From Myxococcales bacterium (GTDB lineage Bacteria > Myxococcota_A > UBA9160 > SZUA-336), in contig JABSQV010000130.1 of the NCBI GenBank assembly GCA_013215565.1, positions 8,880-72,879 of the forward strand: a DNA stretch of 64,000 nt. Direction: 5' to 3'. Position 1 is the first letter of the stretch. Every line of letters starts with the position of its first letter. Below the pieces are notes generated by a model. That model worked only from the letters and a program-made list of their open reading frames with translations. It searched no databases and had not been told where the DNA came from. Positions 17,775 to 27,212 of this stretch are shown here, one piece after another. The translations under genes and the position numbers were made by a program.

Positions 17775-20417
17775 TCAAACAGGCGGTCGGTTCCCGCCAG
17801 ACAGCGGAACGGCTCGGCCGGCGTTCACCTCGTCCCTGGTCCACATGACCAAGACACATCGGCACCGGCCTCCGCACTCGGTCGCCCCACCGGGCATCGT
17901 GGACAACTGCGACACGGGAACGAACCCTCGGGCGCCCTCGATCGAGCAGGTCGGGCACATGCGGTTGTCCCCGACGTTGACCCACTCGACCATCCACTCG
18001 ACGGCGGCGGGTTGACCGTCTGGGCCAGTCCCGGCCTCGGCCGATCCGTCGAGCAGCCCCTCGGTGAAGCTCTGGTTCGACAACTCGACCAGCTTGCCCG
18101 ACCAGTTGCTGATCCGGTGCTTCTGAGACTCCATCACCGCGCCGATCGAGAGCAAGACCTCCTCGGCGCTCGCACCAGCGGTGAGGCCGACCGGGGCCGG
18201 CTTGACCGCTCGGGCGTTGAGTGCGGATCGGGTCTGACCATCGTCGGTCACAGCTCCGACCACGGCGGCAAGACTCGCTCGCAGATCGGCGATCAGCCCG
18301 CCGGGGTCGCAGAGGAAGCGCATGGCGCGATCCCCGTAGGCGGCCGACCGGGCATCGATGTCCTCGAGGACGGGCAGGCCGGTGAAGTTCGCGGCAGCAT
18401 CGCGACCGATCCGACCCACATCGCGGTAGACCCCGCTGGTCGACAATGCCCAGTCGGTCTCCAGCTTGTCGAGCGCGCGACCGATCGCCTGGGTCAGACC
18501 CAAGGCGTCGTCGGAGTCGAAGTTGGTGGTGTACCGAGAGGAGACCGCGGTGAGCACATCTCGGGTGGCTTGGTCGTACAGAGGTTCGACCCTCCGCGCA
18601 TATTGGGCGGTCTGCTCCCACAGCTCGGAAAGCTGCAGCGTCCGAACGTTGGCGAACATCCCGCGCGGTTGCCACTCGCTCGGGAGGTCATCGATCAGCG
18701 CCCGCTGCTGGATCTCAGCGCGCACCTCGCCGGGGGCTTCATCGTCCTCGGGGTTCTCGGTCCCCGCCCCTGGGTCATCGACCGACCCTCCGCCTCCGCC
18801 ACCGCCGCCGCCGCCGCCGCTGGGAGGGGTGTCGTCATCGTCATCAGGATCTGGATCCTGGCCGAGGACGTTGGCGATGATACGCTCGGCGCTGACGAGG
18901 AGCTGGAGAGGGACTGGACCCTGAGGTGTGTCGACGGTCGCGATGTCGCCGCCACCGAGCGGGGGCTGGCCGATCTCCTTCCTCGCCTCGTTGCGAGTGA
19001 GTAGACCCTCCTGAACCAAGGCGACCAGCGTGTCGGCTACTTCCTTACGCTCGGCTGGGGTCAGCTTCTCGTCGCGGTCGAACCTGAAGCGGACGGGCGC
19101 CCCAGAGTTGCCCTGAGCGTCGAGCACCAGCGGCAAGATCCTGGCGTTGATCTTGCCCTCGATCAGTTCGAGGATCGGGTTGATGAGGTGAGAGGATCCG
19201 ACCTCAAGCTGCACCTGGCCGACGGCGCGCGGGATGTCCTCGCTCGCTCCCATCTCGACGGGCATGACCCCGAACACTCGCCAGATCGTGCGGCGAACGT
19301 CCTTGACCACGTTGATGAAATCCACGTCCTTGTTCGAGCGGCGCAGCTCGACCCACTTGGCGCCCGTGGCGGTCGGGTCAGCCGATGTGACCACGCGGAT
19401 CTTGTGGTCCTTGCCCCGCATCTTCTGCAGGTCGGCCTTGGCCGCCTCGGCCGCCATCCCGGCCAGGCCGGTGAGAACGAGAATGCCGGGAGGGATCTCG
19501 TCGGCGTCGAAGGTGAGCATGGTGTGCTCAGCCTGTCGCAGCATCGTGGTAATCTCGTTGAGGATCGTTTCGATGAGCGGCACGCCCTCGACGCCGCTGG
19601 TGTTGGCGAACATCCGCAGGTAGACGATCTGCCTGGGCGAGAAGAGGGGGTTGATGGTTGGGGTGCCATCGTGCTGAGCGATCTGCCCGAGTTGCTCCGG
19701 GGACAGCACCTGGGGAACGATCGCCCCGGTCCCGAGAAGATCTTGCTGGTAGCCCATCACCCGGCCGTGGGTGTCGACGAGAGGTCGGATGTCCCCACCT
19801 CGCAGCGCGACCAGCTCCTCAAGTTTGTCGCCGACCCCGGTTGTGATCCGACCTGTCTCCTCGTCGGTCTCCATCGAGGTGTCAAACACGTTCTCGATAA
19901 CCCCGGCATCGAAGACCAGCAGGTCGGTGATCCACTTGGTCATCACCTCTTGCCAGGTCTCACCGTCCTCGTTGGGCGCCTGCAGGAACCGCTCGGCTTG
20001 CTGGGCGGCATCGAGCGCGGACTCATACCCCGCCTCGGCCGGGTCCAACTCGGGCTTAATCATGTTGCCCCAGGTCGCGACCCGACGGACGATCGCGTCG
20101 ATGGCTGCTCGGACATCGGGTGAGCGTTGGTAGACCAGCCAGAGCTGCTCGGTCGTCAGGACGCGGTTGACCCGACCCTGCTGGTAGCTGGTGTCGAGAC
20201 CAAAGAGGGCAGACCCCGCCGACCGACCAACTCGGTCTCGGGTGTCGAGCATCGGTCGGCTGTGACCGGCTGCGCCCTGCATCCAGAGACCACCGGGCTT
20301 CTCAGCCTTCTTTCGTCGGAGTCGAACCACGCCGGTGGTGTTCGTTGCGAGGACGCGGACGGTCATGTTGTGAGCCCTCCCTGCCTGCGAAGGTAGCACG
20401 GCAGCGGGAGTGCTCAC
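17775..20417 (-). CDS. portal protein with C-terminal MuF-like head morphogenesis domain (880 aa)
   Basis: Size and position downstream of terminase region; internal D5/G11 linker (PDPDDDDDTPPSGGGGGGGGGGG); C-terminal CPTC...C cluster typical of MuF/SPP1 gp7-like domains. Confidence 0.7.
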   Translation of the reverse strand: MSTPAAVLPSQAGRAHNMTVRVLATNTTGVVRLRRKKAEKPGGLWMQGAAGHSRPMLDTRDRVGRSAGSALFGLDTSYQQGRVNRVLTTEQLWLVYQRSPDVRAAIDAIVRRVATWGNMIKPELDPAEAGYESALDAAQQAERFLQAPNEDGETWQEVMTKWITDLLVFDAGVIENVFDTSMETDEETGRITTGVGDKLEELVALRGGDIRPLVDTHGRVMGYQQDLLGTGAIVPQVLSPEQLGQIAQHDGTPTINPLFSPRQIVYLRMFANTSGVEGVPLIETILNEITTMLRQAEHTMLTFDADEIPPGILVLTGLAGMAAEAAKADLQKMRGKDHKIRVVTSADPTATGAKWVELRRSNKDVDFINVVKDVRRTIWRVFGVMPVEMGASEDIPRAVGQVQLEVGSSHLINPILELIEGKINARILPLVLDAQGNSGAPVRFRFDRDEKLTPAERKEVADTLVALVQEGLLTRNEARKEIGQPPLGGGDIATVDTPQGPVPLQLLVSAERIIANVLGQDPDPDDDDDTPPSGGGGGGGGGGGSVDDPGAGTENPEDDEAPGEVRAEIQQRALIDDLPSEWQPRGMFANVRTLQLSELWEQTAQYARRVEPLYDQATRDVLTAVSSRYTTNFDSDDALGLTQAIGRALDKLETDWALSTSGVYRDVGRIGRDAAANFTGLPVLEDIDARSAAYGDRAMRFLCDPGGLIADLRASLAAVVGAVTDDGQTRSALNARAVKPAPVGLTAGASAEEVLLSIGAVMESQKHRISNWSGKLVELSNQSFTEGLLDGSAEAGTGPDGQPAAVEWMVEWVNVGDNRMCPTCSIEGARGFVPVSQLSTMPGGATECGGRCRCVLVMWTRDEVNAGRAVPLSGGNRPPV

Positions 20418-20441
20418 ACGGAGAGGCGCCGATGTCGAGGA

Positions 20442-21101
20442 CTAGGCGGCTTCGACGAACAGGACTTTCGAGCCCTTGATGCTGCGGAGGGTCGCGGTGA
20501 CGCCGAGGATTTCGCAAGCGTGGCGGGCCGCGCCGCGCGTGGTGTAGAAACGACGGTACTTGCGGGCGGTGGTCGGGAACTCAAGGGCGGCCATGGTCTC
20601 TTCGGTCGCCTGGCCATCGAAATCGCGGATGATGGCCTTCAGCCTGTCTTCCCAGGAGAGGTTCTTTATCGCGTTCTTGCGCCAGCTGCGGACGCGGGTC
20701 TCGACGGTGACGATGGCGCGATCGATGATGGCGATGCCGATGACGAAATCGTTGGCGAGCGTTCCGACGCGCTGGGCGAAGTCACTGTCGGCGCCGTAGA
20801 CGGCGAGGCGGGTGACGAGGACGGCGCGCTGGGCGTCGAGGCTCTTGAGGGACGCGACGATGCTGTGGTCGCCGTGCTCCATCGGCATGTTGTTCGTGCC
20901 GGCGCAAGTCGTCTGGGTGGTGAAGTCGTTGTGGCGGTTGAGCGTTCCGTTGCTGACCTTGATGTCATCGCGGAGGCAGGCGCCGCAGGTCGCGCGGACG
21001 GGGTTCGAGGCGCTGACGCGGCGACCGGAGCGCGCTTCCCAGCGAGCGTTGAGGTCGTTGTCGTGGCGGAGGGCGCTGGGGCGGCGGGCGATGCGGGTCA
21101 T
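20442..21101 (-). CDS. hypothetical protein (possible HNH-like nuclease)
   Basis: ATG at 21101 abutting conserved repeat; CGAC...C and EHGDH motifs. Confidence 0.45.
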   Translation of the reverse strand: MTRIARRPSALRHDNDLNARWEARSGRRVSASNPVRATCGACLRDDIKVSNGTLNRHNDFTTQTTCAGTNNMPMEHGDHSIVASLKSLDAQRAVLVTRLAVYGADSDFAQRVGTLANDFVIGIAIIDRAIVTVETRVRSWRKNAIKNLSWEDRLKAIIRDFDGQATEETMAALEFPTTARKYRRFYTTRGAARHACEILGVTATLRSIKGSKVLFVEAA

Positions 21102-21175
21102 GACTTGCTCTCTGTTGGTAGGTCCAATTTACAGGAGTACCCGCTGGTTGTGAACCACTTTCGAGATTAATCGCC
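21102..21175 (-). repeat. start-associated repeat, type A variant (GGTAGGTCCAATTTAC)
   Basis: core abutting ATG 21101. Confidence 0.7.
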
Positions 21176-21321
21176 TACTTCCTTGGTTTTATTTTGAGAG
21201 CTGCATACCGAAGTTGGAACGTCTGGTCTCGCTCGGTGGTTTCAAGCGGCTCGCGATCTTTCTCGTATCGCTCGCTCTGACGCGGTGAGAGAGCGCGCCG
21301 AGAGCCGCGCATCGACCGAGA

Positions 21322-21516
21322 TCAGTCCAGATCGCCCAGTCGCTTGTCGACGCTCACAGACCCAGTAGGGTCGATCTGGATCTCCGGAATCAAGACCGAC
21401 GCGGCAGACCTGATCCGCGACCGCTCGCGCTTCTCACCCATGCGCTGGCCGATGACGACCCCCCACCCGAATCCAGCAACGAGCCCGACCACGAACCCGG
21501 CGATCAGCTCACCCAC
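21322..21516 (-). CDS. small membrane protein (GTG start)
   Basis: GTG overlapping stop of upstream ORF (GTGGGTGA); hydrophobic LIAGFVVGLVAGFGWGVVIG. Confidence 0.35.
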   Translation of the reverse strand: MGELIAGFVVGLVAGFGWGVVIGQRMGEKRERSRIRSAASVLIPEIQIDPTGSVSVDKRLGDLD

Positions 21517-21844
21517 GGGGCAGCTCGTAGACAGCCCACTGATCCTTGACCTCGCAGGCCGCAACACAGATGGGCGGGTTCTCGGTCTCAAGCAGGAAGT
21601 GCCGACACTGGTGGTCGTGATCCGAGAAGGGGCATACGTCGAGCTTCGCCGCGATGACTTTGCACTGCTGACCCGCCGACGGGTGAACGAGGTCGGCCGG
21701 GAGACCGAGGTGGTCTGGAATGCCGTCGTGGTAGAGCACCTCGATACCCTCTCGACTCACACCCTTCTCTCGCGGGATGACGTTCGCCCGATCGCTGGGG
21801 CGGCTTCGGAACCAGAGTGTGTCAACGCCCATCGGGGCCTCCAT
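21509..21844 (-). CDS. Cys-rich hypothetical protein
   Basis: 111-aa ORF with CKV...CPF...C...C residues. Confidence 0.4.
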   Translation of the reverse strand: MEAPMGVDTLWFRSRPSDRANVIPREKGVSREGIEVLYHDGIPDHLGLPADLVHPSAGQQCKVIAAKLDVCPFSDHDHQCRHFLLETENPPICVAACEVKDQWAVYELPRG

Positions 21845-22022
21845 CGTTGGTTGGTGGTATCGGTTTCAGCTCGTCGCCCTCAGCCTCTTCCTCGGGATCG
21901 AACCCGAAGACGAGGCGACAACACGAGGCACACATCCCGTGGCTGACGATCGCATCGGCGGGCAGCGGATCGGGGACCGCGTCCTCGCCGGCCTGGCACC
22001 AAGCGCAGATGAAGGTCGACAT
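21822..22022 (-). CDS. small zinc-binding protein
   Basis: Protein-like region MSTFICAWCQAGEDAV...CASCCRLVF; start overlaps upstream stop. Confidence 0.35.
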   Translation of the reverse strand: MSTFICAWCQAGEDAVPDPLPADAIVSHGMCASCCRLVFGFDPEEEAEGDELKPIPPTNDGGPDGR

Positions 22023-22396
22023 CAGACCAGCTCGGGACTGTAGACATCGCGCCAGTCGCCGCGAGCGATGGACTCGACGAGCTTGGTGATCGCGAGTCGG
22101 TATCGGATCACGTCCTCGAGGACATCGCCCGACCAATCGACCTCGATGTCGAACGCCTCGATGCCGTCGACGTTGCCGTCCTTGTCGATGACCTCGATGG
22201 CGACGACGATGGCGCGGACGCCCTCCCATCCGGGGGTCGCATAGAAGTGGATGATCTGATCGGGGCGGCCGATCCGGGTCACCGCGATGCTACCGACCAG
22301 CGGGTGCTCGATGTCGATCCGCCAGTCGTTGACGGCCTTGGTCATCGCGACGAGCGGGCGGATGGTGTCGTTCAGGTAGCTGGCGGTCACGGTCAT
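22022..22396 (-). CDS. hypothetical protein
   Basis: ATG at 22396 (MTVTASYL) abutting variant B repeat. Confidence 0.5.
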   Translation of the reverse strand: MTVTASYLNDTIRPLVAMTKAVNDWRIDIEHPLVGSIAVTRIGRPDQIIHFYATPGWEGVRAIVVAIEVIDKDGNVDGIEAFDIEVDWSGDVLEDVIRYRLAITKLVESIARGDWRDVYSPELV

Positions 22397-22445
22397 GATG
22401 TTCTCTCTGTTGGTGTCTCCAAGGTACTGGGTGTACCCACTCACT
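22397..22445 (-). repeat. start-associated repeat, type B with GGTAC-N5-GTACCC
   Basis: CTCTCTGTTGGTGTCTCCAAGGTACTGGGTGTACCCAC. Confidence 0.7.
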
Positions 22446-22499
22446 GTAAACCACGATCACCCAACTTCTCGCCCATCAGCTCGACTGATACCAAGCAGC

Positions 22500-22976
22500 A
22501 TGGCGCCCACGAACAAGCAGCTCAACGACCGGCGAAAGCGGCGAAAGAACAGCAAGGCGAACGATGTGCTCGGCGAGCTGCTCGACTGGCAGCGGCCTCT
22601 GTTGATCCGCTGGCTGTTCGCCCAGGTCTGGAACAAGCACCAGCCCCAGGGGATCCAGCAGCGGACGAAAGATTACGCCCGCGAGGTCGCGACCGATCTG
22701 CTGGCGACGATGGATCTCGACATCATGGCGACCACGCCGCGGGGTCTGGAGAACGACCCCAAGTGGACCGATGCCCTCGGCGCCGTGTCGTCGTTCGACG
22801 CCCAGCGGCGCTGGCTCTGGATCGCGGTGCTCGTTGAGCAGACCGATCCGCCGCCCCAGGTTCGTGACCAGCTCTCGCGGCTGGGGTTGCTCTACGCAGA
22901 TATGGTCCGACAGCAGGCCGCGAACAAGGCGGGGTGGATCATCGGCGTGGGCTGGAAGGACGGAAAGAAACGATGA
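22500..22976 (+). CDS. hypothetical basic protein, co-oriented with methyltransferase
   Basis: ATG at 22500 (MAPTNKQLNDRRKRRKNSK); divergent from 22396 gene. Confidence 0.45.
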   Translation: MAPTNKQLNDRRKRRKNSKANDVLGELLDWQRPLLIRWLFAQVWNKHQPQGIQQRTKDYAREVATDLLATMDLDIMATTPRGLENDPKWTDALGAVSSFDAQRRWLWIAVLVEQTDPPPQVRDQLSRLGLLYADMVRQQAANKAGWIIGVGWKDGKKR

Positions 22977-23677
22977 CCCAGATCAGGCTGTTCAACGCGC
23001 CCACCCCACCCGGCCTGCCTCCCGGCATCGATCTGCGATGCTGTGATGTGGTTGACCTCCTCACCTCGCTCGATGAAACGCCCGCATTAGTGATCGCTGA
23101 TCCGCCGTGGACCTACAACCAAGCTCCGCCCAGACTTCCCGGCGACCAACCCATGAACGCCTCGGAGCACTACGATGGGCTCCCGGTGAGTGTGATCCGG
23201 GACCACTTCGCGCTCATCCCCAAAGGGTGCCCACGCCTTGCTCTGTGGGCGACGTGGCCGGTGTTCCTCCCTGAGTGGGATCTCAAACTCAAAAGGTGGG
23301 GCCGCCCGATCACTGGTGGTGCATGGTTCAAAAGCGACCCAAACGATGAAGGCCACTATGGTCCTGGTTTTCACTGGTCAGGGTGCAGCGAGCCCGTGCT
23401 GATTTACACGAAAGGCACAGCGTACTGCGATAGATCGTCACCGCTCCGAAACGCATGGCATGAGGCTCCGGGGAAGCACAGCCGAAAGCCCGTCGGGTGG
23501 ATGCGGCAGTGGGTGCGACGTTGGACCAAGCCTGGGGATCTCGTCCTCGATATGTACGCGGGGCTCGGCTCGGTCGCCGAGGTCTGTCTACTTGAGGAGC
23601 GGCGCTACATCGGTGCCGAGCTGGACCCAGCTCGACATCGGGACGCGCTGGGTCTGCTCGCCCAGGTCAGGCTCTAG
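22973..23677 (+). CDS. N6-adenine DNA methyltransferase, MT-A70-like (DPPW)
   Basis: ALVIADPPWTYN catalytic motif; start overlaps upstream stop. Confidence 0.7.
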   Translation: MTQIRLFNAPTPPGLPPGIDLRCCDVVDLLTSLDETPALVIADPPWTYNQAPPRLPGDQPMNASEHYDGLPVSVIRDHFALIPKGCPRLALWATWPVFLPEWDLKLKRWGRPITGGAWFKSDPNDEGHYGPGFHWSGCSEPVLIYTKGTAYCDRSSPLRNAWHEAPGKHSRKPVGWMRQWVRRWTKPGDLVLDMYAGLGSVAEVCLLEERRYIGAELDPARHRDALGLLAQVRL

Positions 23678-23980
23678 GAGCGGTAGCCGTGGGAGTCGGG
23701 CGGGGAGCTACGTCCACATATGCCCGCCTACGCTGCGACTGATACACTTGACCGGCCCGCCGCCGTCGAGGCACCTTCCCCGCTGGGAAGCGGCGGCGGG
23801 CTCTTCGGCGTCCGCGTCGTCGTTGACGACTGCCTGCCACAAGGTGAGGCGCGGCTAGTGTCGACGACGGACGAGGCGCGACTCGTGAACATTGGGGCCG
23901 CCGATGAGTGAACAAAAAACAGCAATTGAGAAGTTACGGAAACAATGGCGAAAGGAGGGCCGCCAGAAGATTCGCACTTA

Positions 23981-24205
23981 TCAGAAGGGCGGGATCACGA
24001 TCCTCACGCAAGAAGTGCGGCGGCGATCGTCATAGGCGATGCGCATGGCGCGCGACTCAGCGAGGAGGGCGCGCGACTCAGCGAGCAGCTCGGCGTAGGT
24101 CGGGGCGGGCTCGACATCGAACTCGGAGAGCCAGTGACCGTCAGTGGTCAGCGTGGTCCCTTTGGAGTCGTCAGCGGAGGGGGCGGTCGGTGTGCGTGTC
24201 GGCAT
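23981..24205 (-). CDS. hypothetical protein
   Basis: ATG at 24205 abutting conserved repeat; contains tandem LLAESRA duplication. Confidence 0.45.
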   Translation of the reverse strand: MPTRTPTAPSADDSKGTTLTTDGHWLSEFDVEPAPTYAELLAESRALLAESRAMRIAYDDRRRTSCVRIVIPPF

Positions 24206-24268
24206 GATGTTCTCTCTGTTGGTAGGTCCATCCTACGCGGCAGAGAGTCGATTGGACACCGGCAGACC
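24206..24268 (-). repeat. start-associated repeat, type A
   Basis: core plus GGACACCGGCAGACC box at 18-bp spacing. Confidence 0.8.
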
Positions 24269-24600
24269 TAAGTTTCTGGGGACTCTTTTCGCAGGTTGAC
24301 CTCGGCGACCCTGGTGACGTGCTCGACCAATCCGACCACTCGCTGCTGTCTCCTCGATGCTCGATCGACCATCCAGTCCTGAACCGTGCCCTTCTTGACG
24401 ACATCGGCACCGCGCCGGATCTGCCATCGCCGGTAGTCGATCATCGCCTGCACGTTGGGCTCGCTGTCGAGCCCCCCGATCATCCAGCCCTCGTCATCCC
24501 CCTCGCCAGGGAGCCATGTGATCGCTCGTTGGTCAGTCGACAAGGTCACCTCCTGCGCGCTGGTATCGGGTTCCGTGGTGGGCGGTGAGCCTGACGGCAA
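24268..24600 (-). CDS. hypothetical protein
   Basis: 110-aa ORF. Confidence 0.35.
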   Translation of the reverse strand: MPSGSPPTTEPDTSAQEVTLSTDQRAITWLPGEGDDEGWMIGGLDSEPNVQAMIDYRRWQIRRGADVVKKGTVQDWMVDRASRRQQRVVGLVEHVTRVAEVNLRKESPET

Positions 24601-24635
24601 GCGGTGTTTGGCGATACCTCTGGGCGAGGTGAACG

Positions 24636-25106
24636 ATGCCCAAGAACCCGAGAGCCTGCAAAATGTCTGGAGATGAAGACTGTCCGTGGCTCACCCTGAT
24701 GACCATGATCGAGCAGTACGAGACCTTGGCGGCCGTCCCGGTGATCACGACCGGCCCCAGCGCCAAGATCGCGCTGATGCACGTCCGCAGCCTGCAGAGG
24801 TTGTCCGACGCGCTCGATCTGTGCATCGATCACGTCGGTGGGTGGAAGACCGAGATGTTCGGAGCCTGGCCCACCTACGACATCCGAGGCAAGCTGCTCC
24901 GCAAGTCGATGCAGCTCATCGGTGCCGCTGTGGTCGCTCGCAAACTGGCCGAGCACGCCCGAGCTGGGAACAAGCGCGCGGCCAGGGCGACCTTGCACGG
25001 CGGGGTGACCAACGAGTTCATCCGCTTCCTCAAGGACGCGGCCCAGGACGAGGAGATCGTCGCCGACGTGGCGTTCAACCCCGGCGGCCCCGTGGCCGAG
25101 GCGTAG
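24636..25106 (+). CDS. hypothetical protein (first gene of plus-strand accessory cassette)
   Basis: 156-aa protein-like ORF; opposite-strand 472-aa ORF is its shadow. Confidence 0.45.
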   Translation: MPKNPRACKMSGDEDCPWLTLMTMIEQYETLAAVPVITTGPSAKIALMHVRSLQRLSDALDLCIDHVGGWKTEMFGAWPTYDIRGKLLRKSMQLIGAAVVARKLAEHARAGNKRAARATLHGGVTNEFIRFLKDAAQDEEIVADVAFNPGGPVAEA

Positions 25107-25107
25107 C

Positions 25108-25629
25108 ATGGGCGACCAGGACAGGTACACGGGGTGGGACTCGATCCTTGGTGCGTTGAAAGGGTTCGGTCGGTCGGCCGAGGCTGCGGGCAAGTCTGTG
25201 GACAAGCTGGCGAGGGCAGCATCGCCAGCCGCCTCCCCGGTCGAGCAGATCCGCAGGGCGCTCGGTGGTGGGTCCGAGCTGCGCAAGATCGTGGACAGCG
25301 CGGGGTGGAGTTTCTGGGAGCGAGGCGAGCGGCCTGAGAAGCTGCGGCACTCCGACGTGTCGATGCAGACCAACGCGGCGGGAGACCGCAGCGGGATCTG
25401 GGTCGGCAAGTTGCTGATCGCATCCTTCTCGGTGTCGTGTTTCGAGACCGAGAAGGGCATGATCGTCATCGACTGGGAGACCGTGTCGCTTGAGGTCATG
25501 CCGGGGGCGACCGAAGCCAGCGAGCGATCCGCTGCCGTCATGGCCGACTCGCTCAGGCGGATCGGCATGACCGAGGAACAGATCACAGCCACGCTCTTGG
25601 AGCACGGCATCATTTGGGAGCAAGAATGA
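25108..25629 (+). CDS. hypothetical protein
   Basis: 173-aa ORF, 2-nt spacer from upstream gene. Confidence 0.5.
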   Translation: MGDQDRYTGWDSILGALKGFGRSAEAAGKSVDKLARAASPAASPVEQIRRALGGGSELRKIVDSAGWSFWERGERPEKLRHSDVSMQTNAAGDRSGIWVGKLLIASFSVSCFETEKGMIVIDWETVSLEVMPGATEASERSAAVMADSLRRIGMTEEQITATLLEHGIIWEQE

Positions 25630-26168
25630 GAGCATTGATGGATCAGGTCCGCGAATTCCACACGGTGGGTCAACTCGGGATCGGGGAGCCCTGGACGGTC
25701 ATCGACGATGGCGACGAGGCGGCCGAGATCGCTGCCGTCGCCGAGGTGCTCGATGGGGAGGCCAGGCTGCTGGCGCGCATCGGCAAGGGCACCCTGGCCC
25801 TGAGGGCGCGGCTGATGGTCGAGGAGTTGGCCGAGACCCTGGACGCGATGGCTCGGGGAGATGTCGTCGAGGTCGCTGACGGCCTGGCCGATCTGGCCTA
25901 TGTCACCGCTGGTACGGCCATCGAGTTTGGGATCCCGCTCGACTTGGTGAGCGACGAGGTTCAACGGTCCAATATGGCTAAGTTCCCGCCCTGTTCCTCA
26001 TGCCTCGGAACGGGCACCGGGGATGTTGGAGGGCTGACCCCTTGTCACGCCGAGGGGTGTTGCAACGGAAACGTCCGCGTCCTCGACGAGAACGGCAAGG
26101 TGCAGAAACCCGAAGGGTGGACCCCGCCCGATATCGCTGGGGTGATGGAGGCGAGCCGTGGGATCTGA
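25626..26168 (+). CDS. MazG-like nucleoside triphosphate pyrophosphohydrolase
   Basis: MRALMDQVREFHTVGQ...EELAETLDAMARGD...ADGLADLAYVTAGTAIEFG matches MazG/HisE-type NTP-PPase helices; C-terminal Cys cluster; ATGA overlap with upstream. Confidence 0.65.
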   Translation: MRALMDQVREFHTVGQLGIGEPWTVIDDGDEAAEIAAVAEVLDGEARLLARIGKGTLALRARLMVEELAETLDAMARGDVVEVADGLADLAYVTAGTAIEFGIPLDLVSDEVQRSNMAKFPPCSSCLGTGTGDVGGLTPCHAEGCCNGNVRVLDENGKVQKPEGWTPPDIAGVMEASRGI

Positions 26169-26442
26169 AACACTGACGTTCGAATGGACCGACAGGCGGC
26201 AGATGGGCAAACGAGATCGTGAGGCGAGGTTGTCCTCGCTGATCTCACGCCCAAATGGCGCGCTCCGCTCAGAGATCATCAAGGAATGCTTTGGCGTCTT
26301 ACCCACCGCCAGGCAGGCGCGTTCCCATGCGCTGCAAAGTGCATCCAGGGTCATTCGACGCGATCTGTTGAACCTCAACATGCGCATTGAAAGGGTTAGG
26401 GAGCCCGTGAGAGATGTTCGCTACATTGGTAGGCGAACTTGA
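26158..26442 (+). CDS. hypothetical protein
   Basis: 94-aa ORF. Confidence 0.35.
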   Translation: MGSETLTFEWTDRRQMGKRDREARLSSLISRPNGALRSEIIKECFGVLPTARQARSHALQSASRVIRRDLLNLNMRIERVREPVRDVRYIGRRT

Positions 26443-26999
26443 CCTGCATCATCGGACTGGTCGAAGACGACAAGGTCTACCTCGGTGGCGACAGCGCCGG
26501 GGTGGATGGGAACTGGAACGTGACCCTGCGAGCTGACAAAAAGGTCTTCAAGCGGGACGGATACTTGATCGGCTTCACCACATCGTACCGGATGGGGCAG
26601 GTGCTTCAGTACATGGCGACTCTCCCAACACCGCCCGATCCGTCGACACTATCTGACACCGACCGCTTGGACTGGCTGATGGAGTTCATGGTGGTCGAGT
26701 TCGTGGAGTCGATCCGAAAGGCGTTCGACAAAGCTGGCTACACCAAGATCGAGAATAGCCGCGAGGAGGGCGGCCAGTTCCTCGTTGGCGTCAACGGACG
26801 CCTGTTCTGCATCGGTTCAGACTTCCAGGTCGGGGAGTCGATGGCTGGGTTCGATGCTGTGGGCTCTGGAGCGACCTACGCGATCGGAGCGATGGCGGTC
26901 TCTCGACGCAAGCCCATCAACCGGATCAAGCAAGCCCTGGCAGTCGCCGAGCAATTCAACGCGGGTGTACGGGGACCGTTCATCGTGGTTCACGGTTGA
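26439..26999 (+). CDS. HslV / proteasome beta-type Ntn-hydrolase peptidase
   Basis: TTG start overlapping upstream stop gives (M)TCIIGLVEDDKVYLGGDS with Thr1 nucleophile; GSGATYAIGAM equals HslV GSGGxYA motif. Confidence 0.6.
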   Translation: MTCIIGLVEDDKVYLGGDSAGVDGNWNVTLRADKKVFKRDGYLIGFTTSYRMGQVLQYMATLPTPPDPSTLSDTDRLDWLMEFMVVEFVESIRKAFDKAGYTKIENSREEGGQFLVGVNGRLFCIGSDFQVGESMAGFDAVGSGATYAIGAMAVSRRKPINRIKQALAVAEQFNAGVRGPFIVVHG

Positions 27000-27212
27000 C
27001 CGTGCTGGGTGATACCATCCAGTGCCCATCGTGAAGGCGAAGGCATCCCCGAAGCGGCGTTCCTGCCCGACCCCCTCTCTGTTGGTACTAAGCGGTGTGG
27101 GAGGGCAGGGACGTCCAACCTCTGGTCGAGGGGTCGGCGCGCGGAACGGGTCATCGCGAACAGCTACACCAGCGATGTGCGAGGAGCCCAGTAAGTCGCG
27201 CCGGCCCTGAGA

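Noticed and set aside
18740-18815. GCC/GCG-rich tract suspected as a repeat element
   Set aside because: It is the coding sequence of the Gly11/Asp5 linker inside the portal protein, not a separate element
24546-25964. 472-aa minus-strand ORF
   Set aside because: Opposite strand encodes recognisable MazG and protein-like neighbours; this frame is the shadow
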